This document shows, piece by piece, positions 29,717 through 40,600 of a DNA stretch of 64,000 nucleotides; within the stretch, counting starts at the first letter, position 1, and the number at the start of each line of letters is the position of its first letter. A program made the translations under genes and the position numbers. Under the pieces are notes generated by a model. That model saw nothing but the letters and a program-made list of their open reading frames with translations, had not been told where the DNA came from and made no database searches. Where the stretch lies: contig JAMCPL010000016.1 of assembly GCA_023379675.1 (NCBI GenBank), positions 34,407-98,406 on the forward strand. Direction: 5' to 3'. This stretch comes from Actinomycetota bacterium (lineage in GTDB: Bacteria; Actinomycetota; Acidimicrobiia; Acidimicrobiales; JAMCPL01).

Positions 29717-32155
29717 TCAGGATGCTGGAGATGCAACGGTAAGCGCCGCCTCACGTACCTCCGTTGCAAAGTCGATTGCCCTGGCCTCCATGTTGGAGTG
29801 CGCAAGCTGAGCGGTGGCGACCACCTTAGCACCCTTGCTCTCGAACGCCTTCGCCACCACCCTGGACACGTTCTTCGGAGACACGCCGTAGGTGCAGAAC
29901 ACGGCCACCCTCTTGCCCCCAAGTCTCGGGAGCCCTTCCATCCAGGCTCGCGTAGTCTTGGCCGGCTTCACTCCGGCGAAGACAAACCCCTCCACCCATG
30001 TTCCGAGCACGATAAGATCCGCCCATGCCATCTCCGCCAAGCCCACCCTGGAGATCGGCAGGAACTTCACGGAGGCGCCCCTACCCCTCAATGATCCCGC
30101 TACGATAGACGCTGCCTTCTCGGTGTGGCCGGTGAGCGAATCATAGACAACCAGCACCCGTCTGGCGCTACCGCCAGTACTACCACCTGTACCACCTGTA
30201 TCGCCTGTGTAAGTGGCCCCTGATCCAGCCCCAGCCGATCCTGTGCTCAAGTGACTCCTCCTTGCAGGGATCGATGGGCGGGAGCGCAGTATGGCCTCTG
30301 CAGCCCTCTTGCCCTGGGACATCGACTCCACAACCGTCGATGGACCGATCAAGGCATCCCCGGCTACCCAGGTCCTGTCACGCACCGCAAGTGACGCTGA
30401 CATCAGACCCATCTCGCGGTTGACCGAAAGAGTGCCTACCGGATTGGAGTTGCAGAACTTCGATGCATCGTTGTGCAGTATGCCACTCGCCACCCAGCGC
30501 CTATCGGGCATACCTTTGGCCACCTTGCGGATGGGCGTTCCCGGGAGGTACTTGGCAAGCTCGGCATCGACCCTGTACCCCATGGCCATCACCACAAGAT
30601 CAATCTCGACAGTGCGCACCTTGTCCTTCAGCACTTTCGGAAGTTTTGACCTGTCGTTCTGTACCGTAGATGCGAGCACGGCCCTCTTTACACGGCCGTT
30701 TTCCCCTTGGAACTCAATCAAGGTGCTGGAGAAGTTGGCTTCGACGCCCTCCGCTTCGGCCTCGGCGAGTTCGTCCGGCCTCACCAGTGCAAAACGCCTA
30801 TCCAGCCAGTCGACGCAGATCGCCTGTGAAGCCCCAAGACGAAGAGCCGAACGGGCCACGTCCATTGCGGTATTACCTGCGCCAAGGACGAGAACCCTCG
30901 GCCCTTTGGCAGGATGGGAAGTGCCGGTTAGACTGGTTCCGGCCGCCTCGCCGGAGCCGGTACCGGCCAACTCAAAGCCACTGCCAGCCGACTTGTTGCC
31001 CAACCGAACCCTGTTGAAAACCTCCTCGACATCTACCGCCTCGCCGGAGCCGGTACCGATTGCACCTGGAAGGCCGACCTCCTCTATACCCTCCCTCGTA
31101 TCGAGAGCATCCTTCGCCCTCTTCAGGAACCAGGTGGCATCGGTGATACCGTCGAGGTCGGCGCCCGGAACCGGAAGCCTGATCGGCTTGCTCGCACCAT
31201 GACACAGTACGACTGCATCCATCTCCGCAAGGAGCCTATCAATGTCGCCGTCCTGCACTTCCACGCCTAAACGAAGATCGACCCCTGCCTGCTGCAATGT
31301 GTCCCACGGGCGCTTCGCCACGGCATCGGGCAGGGTAAAGTCGGGTATACCCCACCTCAGCAACCCTCCCAGATCCCCGTCCTTCTCGAACACCGTGACG
31401 GATGCACCTGCCTGGACAAGGGTGGAAGCCGCCCCGATACCTGCTGGCCCTGCACCGACTACGGCGACGGACATCCCCTCACCATCATCAGAGAGCCGCT
31501 CGAGCGGTGGCACCGGCTCGTTGTCGGTGATAAAGCGTTCGATCAGGCCAATTGCAACCGGCTTCTCACCAGCCAGCGACCATGAGCAGGAACCCTCACA
31601 CTGGGCTGACTGGTCGCATACACGTGAACACACATCCGGAAGGAATGACGTGTTCCGCAAGATCGAGTGGGCACGGGAAAGATCGCCCTCCCTAACCGCC
31701 CGTATGAATCCCGGAATGTCGTTGTGCGCCGGGCAGCCTCTCACGCAGGTGGGGTCAGGGCAGTCGAGGCAGCGCATCGCTTCCTGCCGGGCAGCATCGA
31801 CCGATGGGATACCCTTACGCATCTCTTGGTTGTCACCGAGCACCGGATCGAGATGCAACACTTCCCGCTCCACCCGCTCTCCTGCAAGCGCAGGTCCTTC
31901 AATGACGATGGCACTGAACGGGCAGGTTCTCTCACACTGCCTGCAACCCACACACAAGGTGTCATCGCCCTGTGCGATCCATAGGTCAGTGTGCATCGTA
32001 AGTGCGCCTTTCGGACACCGTATTACGCACTCCTGGCAGCCTGCGCAGCGCTCAGCATTTACGTGGATGGACGGCATCGTGAGGGTGCCTCTCGGTGACC
32101 CTGTAGCACCTTCACCTCGGCCTGCAGCGCCGTGCCTCTCTTCCGTAATAGTCAT
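29717..32155 (-). CDS. 2[4Fe-4S] ferredoxin - GltD/NfnB-like flavoprotein - flavodoxin triple fusion
   Basis: CAGCQECVIRCP and CVGCRQCERTCP; CLDCPDPTCVRGCP, CSRVC..QCEGSC, IGLIERF; GAGPAG; GAGNTAMD; AGD...GPSTVV; C-terminal VVYDSLTGHTEKAA...LGTW...AVFCTYG flavodoxin. Confidence 0.85.
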   Translation of the reverse strand: MTITEERHGAAGRGEGATGSPRGTLTMPSIHVNAERCAGCQECVIRCPKGALTMHTDLWIAQGDDTLCVGCRQCERTCPFSAIVIEGPALAGERVEREVLHLDPVLGDNQEMRKGIPSVDAARQEAMRCLDCPDPTCVRGCPAHNDIPGFIRAVREGDLSRAHSILRNTSFLPDVCSRVCDQSAQCEGSCSWSLAGEKPVAIGLIERFITDNEPVPPLERLSDDGEGMSVAVVGAGPAGIGAASTLVQAGASVTVFEKDGDLGGLLRWGIPDFTLPDAVAKRPWDTLQQAGVDLRLGVEVQDGDIDRLLAEMDAVVLCHGASKPIRLPVPGADLDGITDATWFLKRAKDALDTREGIEEVGLPGAIGTGSGEAVDVEEVFNRVRLGNKSAGSGFELAGTGSGEAAGTSLTGTSHPAKGPRVLVLGAGNTAMDVARSALRLGASQAICVDWLDRRFALVRPDELAEAEAEGVEANFSSTLIEFQGENGRVKRAVLASTVQNDRSKLPKVLKDKVRTVEIDLVVMAMGYRVDAELAKYLPGTPIRKVAKGMPDRRWVASGILHNDASKFCNSNPVGTLSVNREMGLMSASLAVRDRTWVAGDALIGPSTVVESMSQGKRAAEAILRSRPSIPARRSHLSTGSAGAGSGATYTGDTGGTGGSTGGSARRVLVVYDSLTGHTEKAASIVAGSLRGRGASVKFLPISRVGLAEMAWADLIVLGTWVEGFVFAGVKPAKTTRAWMEGLPRLGGKRVAVFCTYGVSPKNVSRVVAKAFESKGAKVVATAQLAHSNMEARAIDFATEVREAALTVASPAS

Positions 32156-32347
32156 GATGCAAAATCTCCTTTCCGGCGCTCGTAGCTGTTATGCTTACGA
32201 CCAAGCCTGTTACCGTTCCTTGCCATTCCTTACAATTCCTTGTTGTTCCTTACCGCTCTCTGCTATTTCCCGTGCCGGCTACCCGTCATCTGTCTCCCTG
32301 CCTGCCTTTGCCTACCACTTGCCTGCTCACGCCTGTAATTCTACTCA

Positions 32348-34300
32348 TCACGACGCAGCATGCATGGGGATGTAGAGCAACAGCATGCTCATCCCTATGG
32401 CCACCACCATGAAGATGGACATTGCCTTTGCCAACGCGGGACGGCTTGCCAATGAAGCCATATCCCTCTTGAATATCCTCTTCATCACCCAGAGCGATAG
32501 GAGCAGGCCGGCCGCCATAACGGCAAGCTGTATGCCTACGATCTGCCACCCGATATACGATGGCAGGTTGTCAAAGCTCTTCACGTGCTGAGCAAAAATA
32601 GTCATGTTGTACCATCCGGTATGCACGCCGAGTTCTCCAAGGACGGAACTGACCACTCTGGGCGTATGCTTGATGAACCTGGGTAGCTGCCGGGCAAGGT
32701 AGTCGGCCGCTGTCACCGGTATGAGGGCGTAGGCGAATGGTACATACCATTGCTTCCACGAGGAAGCGATTCTCTTCTTAGTAGTCTGTTTGGCGGTCTG
32801 TGGATGCAACCCGATGCTGCCAGACACGGCGCCGGTACCATCACTGCCACTATCGCCATACTGCGCTGAGCGAAGCTGTCCGTCACCACTTGAGCCATCG
32901 CGCACCAGCGTGCTGACACCTCCAGCTTCTCCTGTCATGCTACCGTGACCCAGACTACTCTCCGACCTTGCTCCAGCACCAGCATAGGATAATTTGCCTG
33001 ATGATGCAGCCGATGAAGTGTTTATCAGGAGTCCTTCGCTCACCTCGCCATATGCCGTAGTGCGCCCATCTATGGAGCTATCATAAGCCATACTCACGCT
33101 CTGCCTGCGTGCTGCCACGGCCCGTATAGCCAGCCCCGCACCGACTACCACCAGTGCAAAGACCGCTATGAGCCCAAGGTAATCTATAGGATTGGGATAG
33201 GGGATACCTGTGTACTTGGTAAGCCAGGCATCTGCAGTGGCGTAGATGTTCAATGCGTTCACCTGCTGGAACACGACCAGGCCGAGCAGGAGTGACACTC
33301 CAAGAGCGATGTCCACCCGGCGCTTGCTCGGAGCCACGACCGAGGTAAGGGGCTTCTGCACAAAGAGACCTATATTGCCGTACGGGCATGCCTTGTAACA
33401 TTCGCTGCATAGCCCGCAGAGCAGGTTCGAGTCCGCGCTGCCCGGCCAGGTGTACCACGGGCAACCAAAGCCCTTCTCGTTGCCTCTCATGCAGTCCTTG
33501 GTCGGGCACGATATGCATTTCTCGCGATCTCTGGTGCGGAAGCCGGCCACCGACCCCATTGCTCCGACAGTGCCGATCAGGGAGGATAGCGGGCAGATGT
33601 AGCGGCAGAAGGTCCTGCGCTCGAAGAGTAGGAAGACTATGAGAGCAGAGCCGACAATGCCCATTACCATGAAGCTGGTGTCATATGCAGGACCCGGACC
33701 GGCTATATTGAAGAACTCCTCTATCCAAGTAAGAATTATGAATGTAGTTACGGATATAAGTAGCCCATATCCTGCCCACTTTTCAGGAAGCTTCCAACCC
33801 AGACCCAGTGCCTTCTGGGTACGCTTGAAGAATGCCTTGCGCTGTATCCACTCACCGAACCCACCAAACGGGCACATCGAACACCACGCCCTCCCCACGA
33901 CCACCATCATCACAAATACGAGGCAGAACCACACATACCAGGTAATGGCGGCACCGAAACTGCGACCCGGGGCCAGACTCGGAAAGACCAGACCAAGCAC
34001 AATCACAGCCCAGAAGATCACCTGATTGGGGAGTATAAGAAAGAACTGGAACTTCCTCGACTGCATAGCTCTAGCCAGCAGCTTGCCCAGCACCGGGATG
34101 CGCGTCACATCGATAGGCGGGTCGGTCTCGGCAAATCTGGTCCTAGCCGCCCTGCGCTCCGGTGGGCGCAAACGCACCTTGATTGGCGCCGGTCCGGGCG
34201 GGGGCTGCACCGAAGCATTGTCCTCCGGTGACCACGGATCCGCGAGTCCGGTATCCTCCGCCGCTCTCGTCGCTTGCATCTCTTCTGTTACCGTCACCAT
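32348..34300 (-). CDS. Multi-TM polyferredoxin (NapH/RdxA/FixG/FtrD-like 4Fe-4S membrane protein)
   Basis: GRAWCSMCPFG, RTFCRYICP, CISC...DC..GCP, CGLCSECYKACP; about 9-10 TM helices; start near 34297-34300 after AAGGAG. Confidence 0.82.
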   Translation of the reverse strand: MVTVTEEMQATRAAEDTGLADPWSPEDNASVQPPPGPAPIKVRLRPPERRAARTRFAETDPPIDVTRIPVLGKLLARAMQSRKFQFFLILPNQVIFWAVIVLGLVFPSLAPGRSFGAAITWYVWFCLVFVMMVVVGRAWCSMCPFGGFGEWIQRKAFFKRTQKALGLGWKLPEKWAGYGLLISVTTFIILTWIEEFFNIAGPGPAYDTSFMVMGIVGSALIVFLLFERRTFCRYICPLSSLIGTVGAMGSVAGFRTRDREKCISCPTKDCMRGNEKGFGCPWYTWPGSADSNLLCGLCSECYKACPYGNIGLFVQKPLTSVVAPSKRRVDIALGVSLLLGLVVFQQVNALNIYATADAWLTKYTGIPYPNPIDYLGLIAVFALVVVGAGLAIRAVAARRQSVSMAYDSSIDGRTTAYGEVSEGLLINTSSAASSGKLSYAGAGARSESSLGHGSMTGEAGGVSTLVRDGSSGDGQLRSAQYGDSGSDGTGAVSGSIGLHPQTAKQTTKKRIASSWKQWYVPFAYALIPVTAADYLARQLPRFIKHTPRVVSSVLGELGVHTGWYNMTIFAQHVKSFDNLPSYIGWQIVGIQLAVMAAGLLLSLWVMKRIFKRDMASLASRPALAKAMSIFMVVAIGMSMLLLYIPMHAAS

Positions 34301-34604
34301 TACTCCTTTCAAGGGTAAGGGGCCTCTCCGCAACACGTTCCCAACATGTACATCGTGCCCAGATCGATCACTCCCGCGATTATCGCCTTCATGACGCCGC
34401 TCGGACACATATGGACAGGTCCCTGAACCCGTACCCAACTGCGTAGCACCCCATCGGAAATGCTCCGCAGTCACCTGCTGGGCTCTCTCGACAGGACTCC
34501 CGCATATATGCTTGCATGCTCTACCTATAGGGTGCGCTTTTTTGGAAGGGGCGACCAGGGTACAAAAGCACCTACGTAGTGACCAATTACGTAGGGGACT
34601 ACCC

Positions 34605-35717
34605 CTATACGTACGGTACGTGTGCCCGTACGGTACTTCCTCTACCGGGCGCGGATTGTACGTAGAGATTCCCGCCTACGAGTTGGGCGCGCTCGTACAT
34701 GCCCAACATGCCGAAGTGCTCACCGTGATAGAACCCGTCGGGCCCAATAAAGCCCAATCCGCCCGATCCGGTGGAACCTCCGGATAGGAAGTCGTCCGAT
34801 ACCCGGAATCCGATCCCGTCATCGACTATCTCCAATTCTACGGCATCCTCTCCGAAGTGGAGAGTCATACTGCCATGACGGGCACCCGCATGCCGGGCCA
34901 CGTTGGAGAGTGCTTCTTGCGCGATTCGGTATAGTGCGAGTTCCGTGGAGTCATCAAGGATGCGTGATGGCGCCTTTCCCAACACCTCGAACTCTACATC
35001 AAGTGAATCGGTGGCTGCATCCTCCGCCAACCTCGCCAAGGCCACTTCGAGACCAAGATCTTCCAGCGCGGGCGGCCTCAGCCCCCTTACCACCTCCCGG
35101 AGACCCTTTACCGACTCGTCGACAAGCTGGCGTGCCTGGGCCATGGCGTCCCTCGCACTGCCAGGCAGATCGGGGGCTTTGCTGACCGCGGATACCTTCC
35201 TTCCAAGCTGGATCAGAGTCTGCAGCGTCTCGTCATGCAACTCGCGAGCAATGCGGCTGCGCTCCTCCTCCAGCCCGGAGAGCACGGCCTGAGCATATGC
35301 CTCCACCTTGGACCTTGCGGCCTTGTAGGCATCATTGAGGTCATGCTCCCGCTGCATGCGCCAGCCGGCAAACACTCCCACCACGATGACAATAGCCACC
35401 ATGATGATATCGCCCGTCATGTCCAGCGTCTCCCCGTGAATGCCATCAATCACAATGTCGGGAATCCACAAGATGACCACCCATGCTGTCAGGGCGACCG
35501 ATCCACTCAGCCCGAAGCGCAACGCCCCGTAGAGTATGGGAAGTATGAGAAGCGCAGGTACATCACTGTCCGGGAATATATTGAAGGCATGGCTATCAAG
35601 CAACATCTGCCCACCAACAATGCCCGCGCAAAGCGCCACGGCCACCCAGAATCTCCAATCCCTGAAAGGACCCGTGCCCGTAGATACTGGTACCCGGTAG
35701 GGAACGCTCGACGGCAT
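34605..35717 (-). CDS. Membrane sensor histidine kinase (HisKA_3/NarX-DesK type)
   Basis: Four TM helices, ERSRIARELHD, YRIAQEALSNV.RHA, DDG.GF, G..GM.ERA..VGG. Confidence 0.92.
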   Translation of the reverse strand: MPSSVPYRVPVSTGTGPFRDWRFWVAVALCAGIVGGQMLLDSHAFNIFPDSDVPALLILPILYGALRFGLSGSVALTAWVVILWIPDIVIDGIHGETLDMTGDIIMVAIVIVVGVFAGWRMQREHDLNDAYKAARSKVEAYAQAVLSGLEEERSRIARELHDETLQTLIQLGRKVSAVSKAPDLPGSARDAMAQARQLVDESVKGLREVVRGLRPPALEDLGLEVALARLAEDAATDSLDVEFEVLGKAPSRILDDSTELALYRIAQEALSNVARHAGARHGSMTLHFGEDAVELEIVDDGIGFRVSDDFLSGGSTGSGGLGFIGPDGFYHGEHFGMLGMYERAQLVGGNLYVQSAPGRGSTVRAHVPYV

Positions 35718-35728
35718 CGCCGGTCGAC

Positions 35729-36493
35729 CTAGGAAGTCGATGGCATGGTTCCGGACCCGTATCCGGGCATGGTTCCGGGCAGCTTGCCGTCAGTACTCGT
35801 GGCCGCAGCACTGGTATTAGCACCACTGGCGGTGGCAGCCGTGCTTACAAGGCCCTTTTCCATGGCAAATACCGAGAGCCTGGTCCTCGAATTGACCCCG
35901 AGCTTGTCGAAGATATGTCGAATATGAGTCTCAACCGTGCGTCTGGATATGTCAAGCCTGTCCGCAATGGCCTTGTTGGAGAGGCCCTCCACCACCATCT
36001 TCACCACCTCGAGTTCCCGGTCCGAAAGCGTGGATGGCGGGCCTGACTCTGCCGGCAGGTCGTCGGCTCCCTCCCTCAGCCCCATCGCCAAGGACCTGTC
36101 GACCACCACCGCCCCTGATCGCAGGGCATATATGGCATTGATGATCTCCTCGTCAGGAGCACTCTTCAGAAGGTAACCAGAGACCCCCGCCGCCAGCGCC
36201 GAGCGCAGGTAATCGCTGTCACCGTAGGCTGACAGTACGAGCAATTTCATCTGCGGAAACTCTTTGGACAGCCGCTTGGCAAACTCTATACCGCTCTCAC
36301 CAGGAAGCCGCACATCGAGGACGATGATATCCGGAATGCGCTCCTTGATCAATATGTACGCATCCTTGGAGTTGCCGGCCTCCCCCACCACCAGCACATC
36401 CCCGTGTTCCTCCAGTATCTCCTTCGTACCCTGGCGCACGACCGGATGATCGTCGACCAGCACCACACTCAACTGATGATTTTCCACCAACAT
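35729..36493 (-). CDS. NarL/LuxR family response regulator
   Basis: VDDH, LDV phospho-Asp, GYLLK, LSDRELEV..G.SNK.IA..L.IS.RTVE.H. Confidence 0.94.
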   Translation of the reverse strand: MLVENHQLSVVLVDDHPVVRQGTKEILEEHGDVLVVGEAGNSKDAYILIKERIPDIIVLDVRLPGESGIEFAKRLSKEFPQMKLLVLSAYGDSDYLRSALAAGVSGYLLKSAPDEEIINAIYALRSGAVVVDRSLAMGLREGADDLPAESGPPSTLSDRELEVVKMVVEGLSNKAIADRLDISRRTVETHIRHIFDKLGVNSRTRLSVFAMEKGLVSTAATASGANTSAAATSTDGKLPGTMPGYGSGTMPSTS

Positions 36494-36878
36494 ACCCCAT
36501 AACCTACTTTCACGAGACCAATCGACCGAGAACTATACAAACTTTACCTGGGCACCTTCAGCACCTATACTAGCCATTCTGCACTGTGGCGACGGGAATA
36601 CCAACGGTGGGTGCACGGATAACGACGCCGTATTTACCCCGACCCTCCATACGTATTTACCGCACCATACGCACAATCAATGCGTGCCAGCCCACCGTGG
36701 TTCTTCGCATAAATGTGCTGACGGACCTCACCGTACCATGCGAAGCCATGAGAATTACCCAGCGTACCTATCACCATGCGGCACCTAGCCACTCTTTCCT
36801 GCCCAAATCCACTCCGATTGACTTCTTAGCGCACGCGCCAACCGCCCTGTCCATCCCCTCGGCACCCAACTGATAAGA

Positions 36879-37550
36879 TTGACCTCAGTGGAAGGCACTC
36901 CTATCACAATACTGCTCGCTGACGATCACGCCGTCGTAAGGGAAGGGATACGCCAGATAATCGAACGCAGCGCCGACATGCAAGTGATCGGGGAGGCGGG
37001 TGACGGTGAAACAGCCATCGAACTGGCTCGCCGCTCGCTGCCCCAGGTGGCGTTACTCGACATCCGCCTCCCTGGAATCACCGGGATAGAGGCGGCACAG
37101 CAGATATCTAAAGTGTCACCAGAGACGAAAGTCCTCATCTTGAGCGCATACGCCGAGCAGGCGTACATAGAAGCGGCCATGGAGGCCGGGGTGCATGGAT
37201 ACCTGTTGAAAAGCGCACCGGGCCGGGTGCTCCTGGACTCGATCCGAGCAGTACGCTCCGGAGCTATGGTGCTGGATAGCTCGCTGCCAAGAGGTCCTAT
37301 CGGCCACCCCGTCGATCACCCACCGGATGACGGTGAAACTCCGGTACTCACTCCACGGGAACTGGAGATAGTTGCTCTGGTCACCAAGGGATATCGCAAC
37401 AAGCAGATCGCAATGGAGCTGGGAGTGTCCCTAAGGACCGTAGAGAGCCACTTGGAGCACATCTTCGACAAGGTGGGCAGCACCTCCCGTACAGAGCTCT
37501 CCATGTTCGCAGTGGCCCACGGCTGGGTCGATCCAAACCGGGACGACTAG
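36879..37550 (+). CDS. NarL/LuxR family response regulator (second copy, divergent)
   Basis: ADDH, LDI, GYLLK, LTPRELEI..G..NKQIA..L.VS.RTVE.H. Confidence 0.93.
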   Translation: MTSVEGTPITILLADDHAVVREGIRQIIERSADMQVIGEAGDGETAIELARRSLPQVALLDIRLPGITGIEAAQQISKVSPETKVLILSAYAEQAYIEAAMEAGVHGYLLKSAPGRVLLDSIRAVRSGAMVLDSSLPRGPIGHPVDHPPDDGETPVLTPRELEIVALVTKGYRNKQIAMELGVSLRTVESHLEHIFDKVGSTSRTELSMFAVAHGWVDPNRDD

Positions 37551-37604
37551 GACTTATCCGCTACAGTGGTGGTTGACAGCCTGGGAACGCTCCCCTGAAC
37601 AGAG

Positions 37605-37634
37605 AGAAGCGCCAGGCAAACGCCTGGCGCTTCT
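37605..37634. terminator. Probable bidirectional intrinsic terminator
   Basis: Perfect 13-bp stem AGAAGCGCCAGGC-AAAC-GCCTGGCGCTTCT between convergent genes. Confidence 0.75.
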
Positions 37635-37684
37635 TCATTCGGAACGCCCGTAGTGAGCGCAGGATACCCGAGATTTCTGTAGTA

Positions 37685-40600
37685 CTACGACGTAGCCGCC
37701 GTAAACCATCCCGACACATCGACAAGCACGTTGACACTGCCACTTCCACCGCCATTGGCAATATTCACCGTACCACTCGAAGTGAGCCCGCCAATCACCA
37801 TGTTCGCACTAGTGGTGCCAACCCCAAAGTTGACGTCTGAAGTCGTCGGAGCAGTACTGCCTGAATATACCGTCAGGTAACCTCCACCGGTTCCACCGGT
37901 TGCAGTGACATTGCCAACAAACGCAGTTGCGCTGCTCGGTATACTATCAATACCTGTCACCTGAGCGGTGATCGACTTGCCTGCCGATACCGCCCCCAGC
38001 GTCGCATTGGCACTGGGCAGGTTTTCAGAAGCACAGAAGCTCGGCGCTGACGACACGCTGCACCTGGTATCCACAATCCTTGCCGGTGTGACCGGGTTGA
38101 ATAGCGAACCAGTCTGGCTGGTGGATGACCCATCGGTGTAGTAGCCGCTCACGTCCACTATGAAGTTGGCGGTGCCGGAATTGTTATAGAGCGTGATTGC
38201 CCCATTGGCACCGACTTCTACGATCACCCTGTTCGGTACGGTCTGGCCGGCAATCCAGTTGACGGTTGACACCGTAGCCTTGCTGGCGCCTGCAGGGTAG
38301 GCGGTGAAGTAACCGCTACTGGATGTGTTAACTGCAGTGAGATTCAACACCACTGCAGATACTCCACTTGATGGGACCGGACCAACACCAGTTACCGTGA
38401 CGTTCTCAGTCTTGCCTGCACCGAGGGTAACGAGCTTACCATTGGCACTCGGAATGGCCGAGCAGTAGCTGCTTGTTATACCAGTAGGCAACGGCGACTC
38501 GCTGCACCTGCTGTCCGCCAATCTTGTCGGAGTGACGGCATTGTAAAGACCAGCGGGTGTACTACCCGGAGGTGCGTAGTAGCCCTCTATGTCCACTATG
38601 TAGTTCACAGCGCCACTCGTGCCGCCATTGGCCACGCTAATCTCACCATTCGAGGTGTTTACAGGCACCGTCACCAGGTTGGTAACCACCTTAGTGGTAG
38701 ATGTCCAGTTGAGACTGGAAACCACCGCAGGGGTCGAGCCCTCAGGATAGATGCTCAAGTAACCGCCACCAGTCATATTGACTGCAGTCACATTAACCAC
38801 AACGGCTGTAGCGGTCAACGGAATGGCATCCACGCCGGTTACGGCCACATTCTCGGACTTACCTGCCGCCAGGGTACCAAGAGATGCATTTGCACTCGGC
38901 AGGTTCTCACCAGCACAGTAGCTTGGCGCCGGTGAAGCGCTGCAACGCGTGTCGGCCAGCCTCATCGGGTTCACTGGCGTATATGCATCACCGCTAATCG
39001 CCACCACATATGTGAACTGATCGGCAGATGAGGTCGCTGACGTGCCTCCAGCGGTGGTGACTGTCACATTGACCGTGCCTGCAGACTCCGCAGGAGAGGT
39101 GGCGACAATCGACGTTGACGAGCTGACCGTTGCGGCGGTCGCAGTCACCGCACCGAACATCACCGTAGCACCAGAGGCAAAATTGGTACCTGTGATAGTA
39201 ACTGCGGTACCGCCAGAAGTCGGGCCGGATACTGGGCTGATGCCACTTACCGTAGGCAGCGCAATTATGGTGTAACTCGATGTATTGACAGGCACAATGT
39301 CAGTCGAAGTGTTGACACCGAGTGTGTAGCTGCCCATCGCTGGGTTGGTCACCCCACTTACAGCAACTGTGACAGCGGTCGAATCAGCAACCGCAACCGG
39401 ACTGGTAATAGTAACCGTATCGGTACCACCACCCGAAACGGTAGCAGCAGCGGTAGCATTGACCGTGTAATCACCAGCACTGGTCGGGAACACTGTACCG
39501 CTTGGGGCAGTGAAGGTAATAGTACCACTGTTGGCGGCAAGCGCACCACTGGAGCTGGTTGTAAAGCCAACCGTGTACGTTGCACTTACACCGGCCAGAT
39601 TGCTGCTTGGACTTGGACCCGTAACGCTTGAGACGGACGAACCAATAGCATAAGAGGCTGTGTCCACAGGTACCGTATCCGACGACGTGTTCACCGCCAT
39701 GGTATAGCTACCACTGGATGGATTAGTGACACCCGATATGGCAACCTTCACTACCGACGAATTGCCTATCGCAATCGGCGTGGTGATCGTAACCGCACTC
39801 GTGCCACCACCACTCAGTGTCGTTACTGCAGTACCACCTACCGTGTAATCCGATGCAGCAGAGGGAAATATCGTACCGCTCGGAGACGTGGTTAGAGTAA
39901 TCGTACCGCTACCCGCCGCCAGTGCGCCAGTTGTGCTGGTCGTGAAGCCAACAGTGTAGGTGGCACTAGTAGCCGGTGTCGCCGGACTTGGCGATGGCCC
40001 CGTTAGGCTTGACACCGCACCTGTGATTTGATAGCTACCGGTGGAACTGGGAGCCAGATCAGCCGAAGTATTTACATTCAACATGTAAGTTCCTGCGGGT
40101 GGATTGACAACACCCACGATAACAATGCTAACCGGCATAGTGACACCCACCGCCGTGGGAGTGGTGATGGTAGCCGTCGAGTCCGAGTTACTAAGTGCAA
40201 CCGTAGATGCCGCTACAGCAGCACCGCTATTCACACTGACCGTATATGCCGACGCCGCAGACGGGAACACGGTACCCGCAGGCGCTGCGAGGGTGATCGT
40301 ACCCGTTCCAGCCGAAAGCGCACCGCTGGAACTGGTTGAGAAGCCCACAGTATACTGCGCAGACTCGCCAGAACCCTTCAGCGTCATCGAAACACTAGGA
40401 CTACTGACTGCACTCTCGATCGTGTAGCTCGAGGTAGGCACGACAGCTTGATCCGCCGAAGTACTTAGATACTCGCTGTAGGTGCCGGGCGAAGGATTGG
40501 TAACACCGTTGATCACAAGTGTTCCTGCGGCGGAATCAGCAATACTCTGCAGCGGCTGTAACTCCACTTGGGCACAACTCCATCCACTTAGTGCGGCTGG

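Noticed and set aside
29717-32155. Calling the Fe-S flavoprotein gltD or dsrL
   Set aside because: No gltB or dsr genes nearby, and the domain order (extra N-terminal ferredoxin, C-terminal flavodoxin) matches neither
30291-32375. 303-aa and 377-aa + strand ORFs
   Set aside because: Antisense to the well-supported Fe-S flavoprotein; no recognisable features
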